A stretch of 64,000 bases of DNA from Raja brachyura (taxonomy: Eukaryota), in NCBI GenBank assembly GCA_963514005.1, contig OY740808.1, positions 11,966,001-12,030,000 of the forward strand, written 5' to 3'. Below are positions 10,880 through 24,317 of the stretch, piece by piece. Below the pieces are notes generated by a model. That model was not told the origin of the DNA and did no database searches. It worked only from the letters and a program-made list of their open reading frames with translations. Position 1 is the stretch's first letter. Each line of letters begins with the position of its first letter. The position numbers and the translations under genes are program-made.

Positions 10880-12335
10880 ATAACATTTCATACCAAGAGG
10901 AGTTGAGTATCGGAGCAAAGAGGTCCTTCTGCAGTTGAATGCGGATAAATGTGAGGTTATCCACTTTGGTAGCAAAAACAGGAAGGGAGATTACTCTCTA
11001 AATGGCGTCAAGTTGGGAAAAGTGGAAGTAGAACTGGATCTGGGGGGTCCTTGTACACCAGTCTATGAAAGTAAGCATGCAGGTACAGCAGGCAGTGAAG
11101 AAAGCGAATGGGACGGTGGCCTTTATAACAAGAGGAATCGAATATAGAGGTCCTTCTGCAGTTGGACATAGCCCTTTTCAGTCTTCAAGGGTCCAAATTT
11201 GATCTTAACTAATGTTTTCTGCAAAGAGGTCCTTCTGCAGTTGGACATAGCCCTTTTCAGTCTTCAAGGGTCCAAATTTGATCTAAACTAATGTTTTCCT
11301 CTTCACATAGCTAAAGAAGCTTTTACTATCCTCCTTTATATTCCTGGCTAGCTTACCTTCGTACCTCATATTTTCTCCACGTATTGCCTTTTTAGTTATC
11401 TTCTCTTGCTCTTTAAAATTTATCCAATCCTCTAGCTTCCCGCTCATTTTTGCTATGTTGTACTTTTCTTTTCTTTTATACTGTCCCTGACTTCCATTGT
11501 CAGCCACGGTCGCCCCTTACTCCCCTTGGTATCTTTCTTCCCTTTTGGAATGAACTGATCCTGCACCTTCTGTATTATTACCAGAAATACCTGCCATTTT
11601 TGTTCCACTGTCATCCCTGCTAGGATATCTTTCCAGTCAACTTGGTCAGCTCTTCCTTTATGGCTTCATATTCTCATTTGTTCAACTGTAATACTGACAC
11701 CTCCGATTTACCCTTCTCTCTCTCTCTCAAATTTTAGATTAAAACGTATCATATTATTGGCACCACCTCCTAATGGCTCTTTTACTTCGTATTCCCTTAT
11801 CAAATCTGGTTCATTACACGACACCAAATCTAAAATTGCCTTCTCCCTGGTAGGCTCCAGTACAAGCTGCTCTAAGAATCCCTCACGGAGGCAATCCACA
11901 AACTCCCTTTCTTGGGGTTCAGTACCAACCTGATTTTCCCAGTCCATCTGCATGTTGAAATCTCCCATAACAACCTTTACGACATTCCAAATTTAACTCT
12001 TGATTCAACTTGCACCCTATATCCAGGCTACTGTTTGGGGACATGTAGATAACCCCCCTTAAGGTCTTTTTACCCTTACTACTTCTCAGTTCCATCCATA
12101 ATGACTACATCTCCTGATTCTATGTCACCCCTCGCAAGGGACTGAATTTAATTCCTCACCAACAGAGCTACCCCACTCCCTCTGCCGACCTGTCTGTTTT
12201 TTTCGATAGGACGTATACCATTGAATATTCCGTTCCCAGCACTGATCCTCATGCAGCCATGTCTCTGTAATTCCCACAACATCATACGTGTCAATTTCCG
12301 TCTCAAGCTCATCCACTTTATTTCTTATACTTCGC
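10880..12335. mobile_element. CR1-type LINE fragments (+ strand RT piece 10880-11165 joined to - strand endonuclease piece 11170-12335)
   Basis: NADKCEVIHFG (+); GITETW, MGDFN, EPTREKAILDLV, KEDSKSFFSYVK (-). Confidence 0.85.
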
Positions 12336-13789
12336 GCAATACAACACTTTGACTTTGGTATTCACCTCCCCTCTCACTCCGGTCACTATTGGCCCTGACC
12401 TTACTCTCTTACCCTACTTGAAAATTCCTTCCCATTAATTCGGGAATATTTTGTAACATTTTCTGTACTCACTTCCGCTTTAACTCTTTATTCTTCCAAT
12501 TTGACTCCCCCCCCCCCCCCCCCCCCCACTTCCCGCTGACTAGTTAGAACGCAACAAAAGCTTTTCGCTGCATCTCCGTACACGTGGCAATAAACTAAAC
12601 TCGAACTCCAAGTAGAGGTTGCTGTTCAATCAGCCATGGTGTTTTCAATGACGGAGACATTTCCAGGTGCTAAGAATTCCAAATGTGTTACAAATTGTAT
12701 TTTCAGAAGCATATCAGCGATTCATGGGGTTTGTGATCATCTGATAGCTTCATGGCTACCGTTGCCTCAAGCAAAGATGATCTTTTTCCCAAGGAGCTTT
12801 TAATTCGAGATTTGTTGCTAGTCATTACTAATTAATTCGCGTGTGCCAGATCCAGGGCTGTCAAGTCTCACACATTGAGCGTGAGACTCACGCATTTCAA
12901 CAAATTCTCACGCTCTCACGCTGATCACAAATGTCTCACACTCTGTCGTGAGAAATTATGTGATCAACGAGAATTTCAAAACTCATATCAAGTGCATGGG
13001 CCGCGCATGTTGGATAGCCGGGGCTGAAGGAAGGATGGAAGCAGAAGCAGCGGCGGGGCCAGATGCGGGCGGGGAGCCGGGGTTGGCGAGTGTTTGCCGG
13101 GCTGACGAGTCGCTCGCTGCAGCACCGGCCATGGAGCAGCCTCAGTGCAAGAGTCCCGGACCGTCGGCCTCGTCCGAAGCGTTGCGCCGATGCCATTAGA
13201 GTCTCTGTGCCGAATTCGAATGGATCAGGCAGCGTCTCTGGAGAGAGGAATGGGTGACGTTTTTGGTCGTGACTCTTCCAAGGTGACCCGTCACCTATTC
13301 CTTGTCTCCAGTGATGCTTGCCTGTTCCGCTGAGTTGCTCAAGCGTTTTGTATGTCTCTTCGGTTTAAACCAACATCTGCAGTTCCTTCTCACGCAATGT
13401 GACCCAACAAGACGACTTTGAAGCTAGTACCACTCGAGTGAGGCAGGGACAGAGAGAGAGGGGATGTTAAAAAATATCGATATTCATACTCAATCGGGGA
13501 AATTAGTTGATATCTGTCTTTAAATTGATATTTTGTTCTTTTGTTCTTTAAATGTAAGTCTTGGATTCATGTATCGTAGAAACAAATAAGCAAAGGCAAG
13601 ATGGTAAACGTAATCTACAAATAAAATTCAGAAAATGAAACTTGTGGAGAGGAACTTTGTCCTTCACTTTACAAAGAATAACCTCAGGGATTATGCGGTA
13701 AATGCTATTCAAATACTCTGCAACCTTGTGATTATATTGTTCATGTTCAAATCCGATAGGTAAGTCTTGATTTGTTCAATATTATAATT

Positions 13790-14075
13790 AGTTCAAAGAT
13801 ACAGCGTGGAAACAGGCCCTTCGGCGCCTCGAGTCCGTGCCGTCTATCGATCACCCGATCACACTGGTTCTATGTGATCCCACTTTCTCATCCACTCCCT
13901 ACACACTAGGGGACAATTTACAGAGGGTCAATTAACCTACAAACCCGCACGCCTTTGGCATTTTTGAGGAAACCGGAGCACTCGAAGGAAACCCACGCGG
14001 TCACAAGGAGCACGTGCAAACTCCACACAGACAATGCCCGAGACTAGGATCGAACCCGGGTCTCCGGTGCTGTGG
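13790..14075 (-). mobile_element. tRNA-derived SINE (elasmobranch HE1/V-SINE-like)
   Basis: B-box-like GGTTCGATCC on the - strand, central AATTAACCTACAAACC domain and CR1-like GGAAACAGGCCCTTCGG tail. Confidence 0.75.
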
Positions 14076-14511
14076 GGCATTGATTGTAATGCTAATACTT
14101 GGGCCTCCGCTCATATGCCCGGATGATTACCCAATATTACTGATTATTAATCCATTGTATTATCGATTATTTATGTTGCGCCCGTTCTCCTGTATCTGTA
14201 CAATGTGAGCTGCTTGCTTGCATTTACCGGATAGCACATATATTTCTAAACTGAACCCTGTCCGGCTAGCAGGGCTGTGTAGGGCCGAGTGGCGGGACAC
14301 GGTGACATCTGGCTCTGATCTCCACACAGCCAGTCACGAATCGAGCGGCGCCTCAGATGAATGGCTGCTTGGAGTCGGTCCAAAGACACAAAGAGGAAAT
14401 TGGATGGTTCTCCGGCTTTTTGTGTCTATCGGCGACTTGGAGAGTGGGCTGCACAACGAGTGACGCAGCTGGTTACGGCTCCCCTGACCCACGCTATTCC
14501 CATGCACTTAT

Positions 14512-14673
14512 GGGCCTGTCCCACTGAGGCGACTCATTAGACGACTGTCAGGGACTAGTTTTACTAGCCTTCACCTACGACACCTCACGACAACCTACGA
14601 CAGCCTCCGACAGCAAACAATGTTGCCACGTCGCTTGTAGTCGCCCGAAAGATTCCCTAAGTGGGATAGGCCC
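14512..14673. mobile_element. PIF/Harbinger-like MITE
   Basis: TIR GGGCCTGTCCCACT / AGTGGGATAGGCCC; internal (CC)TACGACA-type short repeats; TTA-like flank. Confidence 0.65.
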
Positions 14674-14819
14674 TTCAGTGCATCCTGGAGGGCAACCAGT
14701 GGCTGCTGGAAGTAGGGACCAAGCATTGGGTAGAAACTGTGGAAGAGAGTGGCCTTCAAATGCGGGTGATTGGAGAAGGCATCCTGCTTGCCTGTCAGAT
14801 TTTCACTTACTGTAACTGC

Positions 14820-15150
14820 AGGAAAAATGTTCCTGATGTTGGGGGAGCACAGAACGAGATGTCACAGTTTAAGAATAAAGGGTAGGCCAGTTAGGACTGA
14901 AATGAGAACAAATTTTCTTCAACCAGAGTTGTGAATCTGTGGAATTCTCTGCCACAGAAGGCAGTGGAAGCCAATCCACTGGATGTTTTCAAGAGAGTTA
15001 CATTTAGCTCTTGAGGCTCGCGAAGTCAAGGGATATGGGACAAAACAGGAAAGAGGTACTGATTTTAGATGAACAGCCATGATCATATTGAATGGCAATG
15101 CTGGCTCAAAGGGCCAAATGGCCTATTCCTGCCCCTATTTTCTATGTTTC
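14820..15150 (+). mobile_element. CR1 LINE 3' end
   Basis: GTTGTGAATCTGTGGAATTCTCTGCCACAG...CAGCCATGATCATATTGAATGG...TTCTATGTTTCT tail. Confidence 0.85.
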
Positions 15151-18100
15151 TGTGCTTGAGTAGAAAGCAATAAAACTCGACCACTTGATTTTGAAGCATT
15201 CATGCATGGTGGACCTATAATGTAGTCATAGAGTGATACAGTGTGAAAACAGGCCATTCGGCGCAACCTGTCGCCACCCACCAACATGTCCCAGGTACAC
15301 TACCTGCTTTTGGTCCATATCCCTTCAAATCTGTCCTATCCATGTATCACTCTAACTGTTTCTTAAACGTTGGGATAGTCCCTGCCTCAACTACCTCCTC
15401 AGGCAGCTTGTTCTATACTCCCACCACACTTAAAAATTTACTTCTTAAAAATACTTCAAACAAAATACATTGAAATCATACTTCTACAATGCACTAAAAC
15501 ATGATTTGAATACATCACATTTCAAAAAGTCCCTACCATGGGAGGGGGACAACACCCTCCCACGCCCTCCCTTCCACTCCCTCGCCGGGTACCCCCAAGG
15601 CGAGTGATCAGTGATCGCTCAGCCCCCCCCCCCCCCCCACAATCAAATATTCATAGCCCCTGGTTCAGACAGAGAGCACTGCTAGATGTGAGCGGGGAAC
15701 TGAAGCCAGTTGTCCGTCATGCCTGGATCCCAATGCTCAGCGCTTTTTGTTTGGGAGTTCGCTAATGTTATTGATTTGTAATTAGCATGATTTGTAATTA
15801 GTTGACAAAGCCTTAGTTTATTACTCCGGAATATCCATTGGGATGGGATCAGTGTAATATTAAAATGGCATGCAAGGTATCAGGCTGTCTGTCACAACAT
15901 ACATTCCCGATAACCCATTATTTCCTTCAGTTAAATATTGGGAAGGTAGCACTATTGTCATTTGCCACTCAATTATTATGTTTGTTTACCACACTGACCA
16001 TTTCTAACCTCCCCCCCCCCCCCCCCCCCCCCAATTCCTTTGACAGGTTGAATAGAATAGTCCTAAATCTCGTTGTTTTATTAATTGAACACGTAGATGA
16101 ACATCAGTTTAATCAGATGGAAACTGATTCTGGTGCGATGTTTAAGAGCTTGTTCAAAGAAGGGGCATATTTTAATGGAGTGACAGAGATACTTGCAGGG
16201 CAATTTGTGTGGAGGTTATTATTTGTCTTCAGTTTTAACTTGAACCAGGACATCTGAATGTTTAAATTAATATATTAATTGTGCTGATACTGACTCCAAC
16301 CAACCACGTAATGAATATCATCCATTCCGGAGGTTTTATTTTTCTGATGCCATTTAAACTTCACTTGGATTTCAATCACTTCAATGAAAATGGAATGGGG
16401 AGCATTGGAACAAAAGAAATTGCCCTCGGTACATATTAACTGTAATATAATAATGTATGCATGTTGGCCGGTGCAATCAAAACAAAGATATTTTCATCAT
16501 TGCTGTGTTATGAACACCACGGAAAAGATGATGTACTCTCAAGATCACATTTAATAGAGCAATATTGCCTAAATAAATAGTTATTGGACTTTGCATTTCG
16601 GAAAAGTCCCAGCTGAGAGGAAGACAGCAATTACTGAAAATATTGAGGGTAAAAATGACTTCAGGACAGTTTGTTAGGAAAATGAAGGGAATTGTAACAT
16701 AATACCTATACAGCTGAGTGAGTATAATATTATGGATGAGAAATTGTGTTCAACCAATTGATTACTTCTTTGACAAAGTAACTAGCATGTTAGATAACAA
16801 GGAAGCCAATGGATGTAGCAAATTGTGTTATACAAAATTTGGACCGTGAAGTGCCCCATAAATGATTACCGCATTAGATAACCACCTGTGGACTTCAATG
16901 TAATCGGTTAAGTCCAGGTGGTCAGATATGGGGCTTGATGTGTGGGCCAGATATATTGTTCGTGCAGAGGGGCTAGGAGCAAGGCCAAGTGTGCATCCAG
17001 AGTCAAGGTCTGGAATAGTACTAGGTGTGCAGTCAAAGCTGAGACAACAGGAGTGTTCAGCACTGGGAACATAAATAGGTAAGCAGCTGGACTCAGGGTC
17101 AGGAATGAGAGAAGGGAAGCAACTGGAATCAGGGTCAGGAATAGTACCAGGTGTGCAGTGAGACCCAGGTTGGTCAACATGGATCAAGTGTTTGATTATA
17201 ATCTGATTTGCATACGTGAATATATTAAAATAATTCATGTGTTGCACCTGTTGATCGGAGCCTGACTCCACTGTGGAATGTAATTAGGAATGTAATTTAG
17301 CCTAAGTTTATTCATGGCAAATCCAATTTAAAGCATAAGTATTGCATTCAAGTGTAATTAAAAGACTCTTTACAGTATGCACCAGATTGCACAATTTCAA
17401 GCTGAAAAATGCAAAAGCTCCGTACCAATGGGAGGGGGGCACCCCCCTCCCACACCCGTCCCCCCCCCCCCCCCCCTCACCACCACATCGGACGCTACGT
17501 GCCCTCGGGCTTGGTGTCTCGCAATTTCTCAATCCCAACTCGCACCCAATGTTGGCAGCCCTGCAGATGTGCTTACACCGATAGGTGGTGATGTTGTATC
17601 ACTGAAACCTCCTTCTAAAAGATTATCGATGGAAAGATAAATTTGTCTTCGGAAGCCACGCCCGGAATAAGTCCGAGAAAAGATCTGGACTCAAAACATC
17701 ACCTATTTCCTTTCTCCAGGGATTCTGCCGAACCTGCCTAGTTACTCCAGCTTTTTATGCCTATTTTCCCTGAATACATCAGGTCCAATAGTCTGCGCTT
17801 AGATTTTTCAGTATGTTTCCATCCCTCTGTACTCGACGCATGTGTTTTCCAGTCCACTGAAATTCGCTTTCCCAGATCCGACTGGCTCAGATTGGAATAA
17901 CAAGGCACTCGTCGGAAGCAAGAGTGCCAACAACACGTAGTGTGCATGAGTCAATGAGAGCATCACGTTAAAATCTCTTCTGGAAACCTGTTACGGATCG
18001 TTAACGCCATCTCCAGCTTTGCCCTCTGTCCGAACTCACGAGAGATTGTCAACATTTCTGAAAGCATTTGACCATCAAAATATTTATCAACTGGTAAATC

Positions 18101-20037
18101 AGAGTCATTCACTTAAATAAGGAAAAAAAGCGAAAGGCAAGAAACCTCAAGCCTAATACCGACGTAAAACAATGGTAATAATTTAAACATTGAAAACATA
18201 ATAAAAGCAATTTCAGATGTTGCAAACCGGGACATAAAACAAATTGGCGGAGGATCGCAGTAGCTTTGGCAGCATCAAATAAAACAAACTACCATATTTT
18301 AACCTAACTTCCGCTCGCTTTACGCAAGAGAATGAGCTGGCTAACCCTATACCGGCTGATCGCCCACAAGATTTCAGCGTGTGTGTGTAAATGCTGTGGA
18401 ATCTCGAGATCAATAGTGGACGAAGCCCCGGACAAAATGGTTGGTGGAGGTATCAAACATTTTTTATGGTTGGATTTTCACTAATGTTCTTTAAAAAGTT
18501 ATTTAACTTAAAGCCAGATAAGTCGTGGGATCAATGCGGTGTCGGAATTAATTTAGTTCAGCATGGAAATAGGCTCTGAACCCGATCGAGTCCACACTAA
18601 CGATCGATTTATCTATCTCAGGTTAATTTGCAATGGGTGCCGAGGGATGACGTCGGTAACGCCCCCTCCGCCCCCCCCCCCCCCCCCCCAACCCTCCCCA
18701 CACCGAATTTAAACAAGCCAATGGCACACAATATTTTACAGAACAGTCGCTAAAGGGAGGTCTCCGAAGACCTTATCGGTAATTTCTCAATTTTCAAACA
18801 TAGTATTTCCATGGACACCTTTTTCCTGGTCCTCTGTGTTAATTATCCAGTTATGCATTGGGTAACTACAGTCAGGAAAGCTTTATATCAGTGGCAGAGA
18901 GATTATTGGAGAAAATTCTGAAGGACAGAACTATTGTACATTTGGAAAGCCAGAGTTTCATTTGGGATATTCGACCTAGTTTTATGCGGAAGAACCCCTT
19001 TCTCGCTAATTTAAATGAATTTATTTGAGGAAGTAACAAAAGAGTTTGATTAAGGCAGGCTGGTAGGTGTTATACGTACTGTAGATAGGCATTTTTAAAT
19101 GCGCCGGATATGATCAATAAGTATAAGTTGATAAGTAAGGAAGGTTGGCTTGGGCTACATCGTTACATTGTTGAAGTGCGTTGGTGGACAAGTGCGCGGT
19201 GATGTATTCTGGGAAATCAAATAGACTGCATGCAGTAAATGGCAGGGGACAAATAATGACTGAGAACAGCGAAGAATAGGGACCCTTGTCTATAGGTCCC
19301 TGAAAAAATTGTCCCCGACAAATCATGTAGATTGGGGGGTCGTAGAGAGGATGGGTAGGTGGTGGTTGCAAACACATATGGATGCTTGTCTTCAGAGGTC
19401 CTGGCATAGAATATAAGGACAAGGACATAAGTAATAGGAGTAGAATTAGGCCATTCAGCAAATCATCTACTCTGCCATTCAATCATGGCTGATCTATCTC
19501 TCCCTCCTCACTCCATTCTCCTGCCTTCTCCCAATAACCTCAGACACCTGCGCTAATCAAGAATATGTCTATCTCTGCCTTAGAAAAATCCACTGACGGC
19601 CTCCACAGCCTTCAGTGGCAATTAATTCCACAGATTCACCACCCTCTTACCAAAGAAATTTCTCCTCATCTCCTTCCTAATAAAATGCCCTTTAATTCTG
19701 AGGTGATGACCTCTAGTCCTAGACTCTCCCACTAGTGGAAACGTTCTCTCCACGTCCACTCTATCCAAGCCTTTCACTATTCTGTATGTTTCAATGAGGA
19801 CCCCCTCATTCTTCTAAACTCCAGCCAGTACAGCAAACGCCGTGAGTGTCAGCAAACGCCCGTCATAGTTAACCTACCCATTCCTGGGATCATTCATGTA
19901 AACCTCCTCTGGATCCTCTCCAGAGCCAGCATATCCTTCCTCATATATGGTGCCCAAAATTACTCAAAATATTCCAAATGGGGCCTTACCAGTGCCTTAT
20001 AGAGCCTCGACATTACATCCTTATTTTTGTATACAAG

Positions 20038-21698
20038 CCATATAACCATATAACCATATAACAATTACACCACGGAAACAGGCCTTCTCGGCCCTTCCAG
20101 TCCGTGCCGACCATTTATTTTCCCCTAGTCCTTTCTACCTGCACTCAGACCATACCCCTCCATTCCCTTCCCGTCCATATACCTATCCACTTTACTTTTA
20201 AATGTTAAAATCGATCCTGCCTCCACCACTTCTGCAGGAAGATCATTCCACACAGCCACCACTCTCTGAGTAAAGACGTTCCCCCTCATGTTACCCCTAA
20301 ACTTCTGTCCTTTAATTCTCATGTCATGCCCTCTTGTTTGAATCTTTCCTACCCTCAATGGGAAAAGCTTATCCACGTCAATTCTGTCTATCCCTTTCAT
20401 CATTTTAAAGACCTCAATCAAGTCCCCCCTTAACCTTATGCGCTCCAAAGAATAAAGACCTAACTTGTTCAAACTTTCTCTGTAACTTAGTTGCTGGAAC
20501 CCAGGCAACATTCTAGTAAATCTCCTCTGTACTCTCTCTATTTTGTTGACATCCTTCCTATAATTAGGCGACCAAAATTGTACACCATACTCCAGAATTG
20601 GTCTTACCAATGCCTTGTACAATTTTAACATTACTTCCCTACTCCTATATTCAATGCTCTGATTTATAAAGGCCAGCACACCAAAAGCTTTCTTTACCAC
20701 CCTATCTACATGCGATTCCACCTTCAGGGAACTATACACAGTTATTCCTAGATCCCTCTGTTCCACAGCATTCCTTAATTCCCTACCATTTACCATGTAC
20801 GTCCTATTTTGATTTGTCCTGCCAAGATGTAGCACCTCACACTTATCACACTCATTAAACTCCATCTGCCATCTTTCAGCCCACTCTTCCAAATGGCCCA
20901 AATCTCTCTGTAGACTTTGAAAATCTACTTCATTATCCACAGCACCCCCTATCTTAGTATCGTCTGCATACTTACTTATCCAATTTTCCACCCCATCATC
21001 TAGATCATTGATGTACATGACAAACAACAGTGGACCCAACACAGATCCCTGAGGCACCCCACTGGTCACCGGCTTCCAACCTGACAAACAGCCATCCACC
21101 ATTACTCTCTGGCATCTCCCATTCAGCCACTGTTGAATCCATCTTGCTACTCCGCCATTAACACCCAAAGATTGAACCTTCTTAACCAACCTTCCATGGG
21201 GAACCTTGTCAAAGCCCTTACTGAAATCCATATGGACAACATCCACATTTGCTCCAGATGCCAGCTGATCTACATCGGTGAGACCAAGCGGACGCTGGGC
21301 GATCGTTTCGCCGAACACCTCCGCTCGGTCCGCAATAACTAACCCGACCTCCCGGTGGCTCAGCACTTCAACTCCCCCTCCCATTCCGTATCCGACCTCT
21401 CGTTCCTGGGCCTCCTCCACGGCCAGAGTGAGCAACACCGCAAGTTGGAGGAACAGCACCTAATATTCCGCTTAGGGAGCCTGCATCCTCTGGGCTTAAA
21501 CATTGAATTTTCTCAATTCTGTTAACCCAGACTGCCTCCTCCCCCTCAGCCCTCGGGCCCTGACATTCCTTCTCCATCTCCCACCCTCCACTGCTTTACC
21601 CTCATCAATTTCCCTAGTAACCTCTTCAAAAAATTCAAGAAGGTTTGTCAAACATGACCTTCCAGGCACAAATCCATGTTGACTGTTCTTGATCAGAC
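20038..21698 (-). mobile_element. Inner (younger) CR1 LINE, 5'-truncated, RT frame open 20125-21246
   Basis: [47 protein letters not shown]; tandem (CCATATAA)3 3' tail at 20038-20061. Confidence 0.92.
21247..21586 (+). mobile_element. Penelope-like element fragment (GIY-YIG endonuclease C-terminus) inserted in CR1
   Basis: CSRCQLIYIGETKRTLGDRFAEHLRSVR...HFNSPSHS...KLEEQHLIFRLG; flanked by TCCAC at 21242-21246 and 21587-21591. Confidence 0.85.
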
Positions 21699-23989
21699 TC
21701 TGTTGAAATAAATGCTAACAATGAGTTTGTTTCCTTTACTACCAATTCGACTTGCAGATTAACTTTTTGGGAATCCTGCATAAGCACTCCCATCCCTTTG
21801 CACCTCTGATTTCTGGATTATCATCCCATTTATAAAATAGTCTATGACTTTATTCCGATTACCAAATGCATGACTCCCCACTTTGCCACACTATAGCCCA
21901 TCTGTCACTTTTCTGCCCACTCTCCCAACCTGTCGTCCTCTTTATGCAGAGTCCCTGCTTTCTCTGCACTCTCTACCCCTCCACCTATTTTCTATCATCT
22001 GCATACTTTCCCATAAAGCCTTCAATCCCCATGTCCAAATCATTAATCTACAACGTGAAGAGTAGCGGCTCCAGCACCAACCCTTGCGGAACTCCATGAG
22101 TCATTGGCAGCCAACCAGAAAAAGCCGCATTTATTCCCACTCTTTGTCTTCAGCCATTCAGGCAACCTGCTATCCATGCTAGTATGTCCCTATTGATACC
22201 TTGGGCTCTCGTCTTCCTAAGCAGCCTAACACGTGGCACCTTATCAAAGGCTTTCTGAAAATCTAAATAAGCAACATCTACTGGCTCTCTTTGTCTGTCC
22301 TGTTATTTACTTCTTCAAAGAATTCCAGAAAAGTTGTCAAGCAAGATCCCCCCTTCCCAAAGCCCTGCTGACTTTAGCCTATGTTATCGTCTTCTAAATA
22401 CTCTGTAACCTCATCCTTTATAGTGGACTCTAAAATCTTACCAACCAAAGCCAGTTTAACCGGCCTATAGTTCCACATATAGTACCACATATTCTGCCTT
22501 GCTCCCTTTTTGTGCAGCGGGGTAATACTGCAATCATTTGGGACCACTCCTGATGCTAGTGATTCCTGAAATATCACTATCAATGCCTCCACAATCTCTA
22601 AAACCACTACATTCAGGTCCATAGGGTGCAGTCCATTCGGCCCAGGTGACTTATTCACCTTCAGCCCTTTCGGCTTCGCAAGCACCTTCTCCCTAATAAT
22701 AGCCACTCCTCTAAATTCCACCCCCTGACTCTCTTGAATTTCAGGCACATTGCTGGTATCTTCCACTGTGAACTCTGATGCAAAAGAGTTATTCAACTCC
22801 TCTGCCATTTATTTATTCCCCATTATCACTTCTCCTGCATCATACTTCAGCGGTCCAACGTCCACTCTTGCCGCTTTCTTCCCCTTTATATAACTGAAGA
22901 AACTCTTGCTGTCCTCTTTTATCTTATGTTCTTTAAAAGCTTCCCTGTCCTTTCGCTTCCCACTAATCTTTGCTCTGTTATACGCCTTTTTTTGTTGTTT
23001 TATACTGTCCTTGACTTTCCTTGTCAGCCACGGTTGTCTCTTTCTCCCTCCAGTATCTTTCTTCCTCTTTGGAATGAAAAGATCCTGCATCTTCTGGATT
23101 ATTCCCAGAAATTCCAGCTATTGCTGTTCCACCGTCATCCCTGCTATGGTCCCTTTCCAGTCAAGTTTTGGCCAGCTCCTCCCTCATGCCCCTGTAGTCC
23201 TGAGCTGAAACGCTATGATTATATTATCCACCATCACGCACTCTTCAGACTACTGGTGACCCAAAACGCTTCAAATACTTTGCAGGGACATTTGTGAGAT
23301 TTTACTTGGTAACTGCGAATGGAAAATATGTCAAACCATTTGCAGGAACACTTTTGCATAATATTTTATCCCGGTATTTTGATTAGACTTTCCGATTCAG
23401 TGATTAGACCACAAAGAATAACTGGAATAACGAGCGATTTTGCCATATGTATTGGTAGAAAACGAACGTGTGGTTATTCAATTATCAGTCTCCCCCCATG
23501 ACATTGATATTATAAAACGTGTTTTTGTCCTTCAGCACGGCGACTCATTCTCCTCCACTGTCATGGTTGAATGGTTAGCGACTGTGCCTTTTAATTCGGC
23601 AAAATACACATTGTTTCAGCAACACGCTGTTGATGAAATCGTGCTATGAAATGTTAGCCCATCCTTTAATGCATGTTTATAAATACACGGGTTGGTTTAC
23701 TATTAAAAGGCTTAACTATCATTCAAGTAGGACGTAAAATATTTGGTAAAAAGTAATAAGACAGTGAATATGGCTCAGAGCCATGTGTTTGTTTTGAAAA
23801 ACTTTCATTTTATATTTTGTATTTTCCTTACAATTATCCACGGACTTATCTGCCTGTCTATTGTCTATTTATTGTTCCCCCGTATTTGGGCTACTGAAGC
23901 CCTTCTATTCCTCAACTGTTCCAATCTACGACAACCCCGGCCTTGTACATCTCAAATCTCTGCTGTATCTTCTATTTCTCTGCCTTCCT

Positions 23990-24085
23990 CTGAAGAAGGG
24001 TCTCGACCCGAAACGTCACCCATTCCATCCATCCAGGGATGCTGCCTGTCCCGCTCACTTACTCCGGCATTTTGTGTGTACCTTC
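23990..24085 (+). mobile_element. Penelope 3'-terminal fragment with hammerhead-like core
   Basis: CTGAAGAAGGGTCTCGACCCGAAACGTCACCCATTCC...GATGCTGCCTGTCCCGCT. Confidence 0.7.
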
Positions 24086-24173
24086 CCCTATACGTTTGTT
24101 TCTCTCAGCCCTTTGCAGTGAGCGAGCTCTGCAAACATCAATCTACAATGAACCTCTAATTCCGTAATTCCAC

Positions 24174-24221
24174 GTCACGTGTTCAGCAATTTGCATGAAT
24201 AATTAAAACACAGTGACGTTG
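24174..24221 (+). promoter_or_regulatory. IgL cluster 2 V promoter: E-box - octamer - CRE-like half site
   Basis: GTCACGTG at 24174-24181, ATTTGCAT at 24189-24196, shared GAATAATTAAAAC and TGACGTTG at 24214; same 7- and 17-nt spacers as cluster 1. Confidence 0.9.
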
Positions 24222-24317
24222 CGATGTTTCTGAGTTCATAAGGTGCGGACTCCAAAGAGCCGAGAATCAGATTTCTGTCAGAAACTTGTCGCTTGGGACC
24301 TCGCACTGTCCTTCGCC

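Larger units (their letters stand above)
12853..17563. mobile_element. Possible non-autonomous DNA transposon (hAT-like ends) carrying nested insertions
   Basis: CAGGGCTGTCAAG at 12853 versus GTTGGCAGCCCTG ending at 17563 (11/13 inverted match); subterminal TCTCAC/TCTCGC repeats at both ends; flanks CAGATC / CAGATG. Confidence 0.4.
19425..23200 (-). mobile_element. Outer CR1 LINE (19425-20038 plus 21700-23200), interrupted by a younger CR1
   Basis: 3' end at 19425; RT and linker pieces (KSPGPNGLHP, NYRPV, KEDSKSFFSYIK); sequence is continuous across the inner insertion. Confidence 0.85.

Noticed and set aside
12948-13257. GC-rich overlapping short ORFs
   Set aside because: GC-rich interior of a putative DNA transposon running into a hairpin repeat; no protein signature.
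16828-17271. 147-aa - strand ORF with internal repeats
   Set aside because: Produced by a degenerate tandem repeat (GGTCAGGAATAGTACCAGGTGTGCAGT-like); no recognisable domain or splice structure.
20125-21459. 444-aa ORF as a novel host gene or domesticated RT
   Set aside because: It is a chimera of antisense Penelope sequence and a truncated CR1 RT, with no endonuclease, promoter or splice evidence.
24209-24215. CACAGTG heptamer in the cluster 2 promoter (also near 4656, 6728 and 27728) as an RSS
   Set aside because: No ACAAAAACC-like nonamer at 12 or 23 nt and no adjacent free V or J segment.
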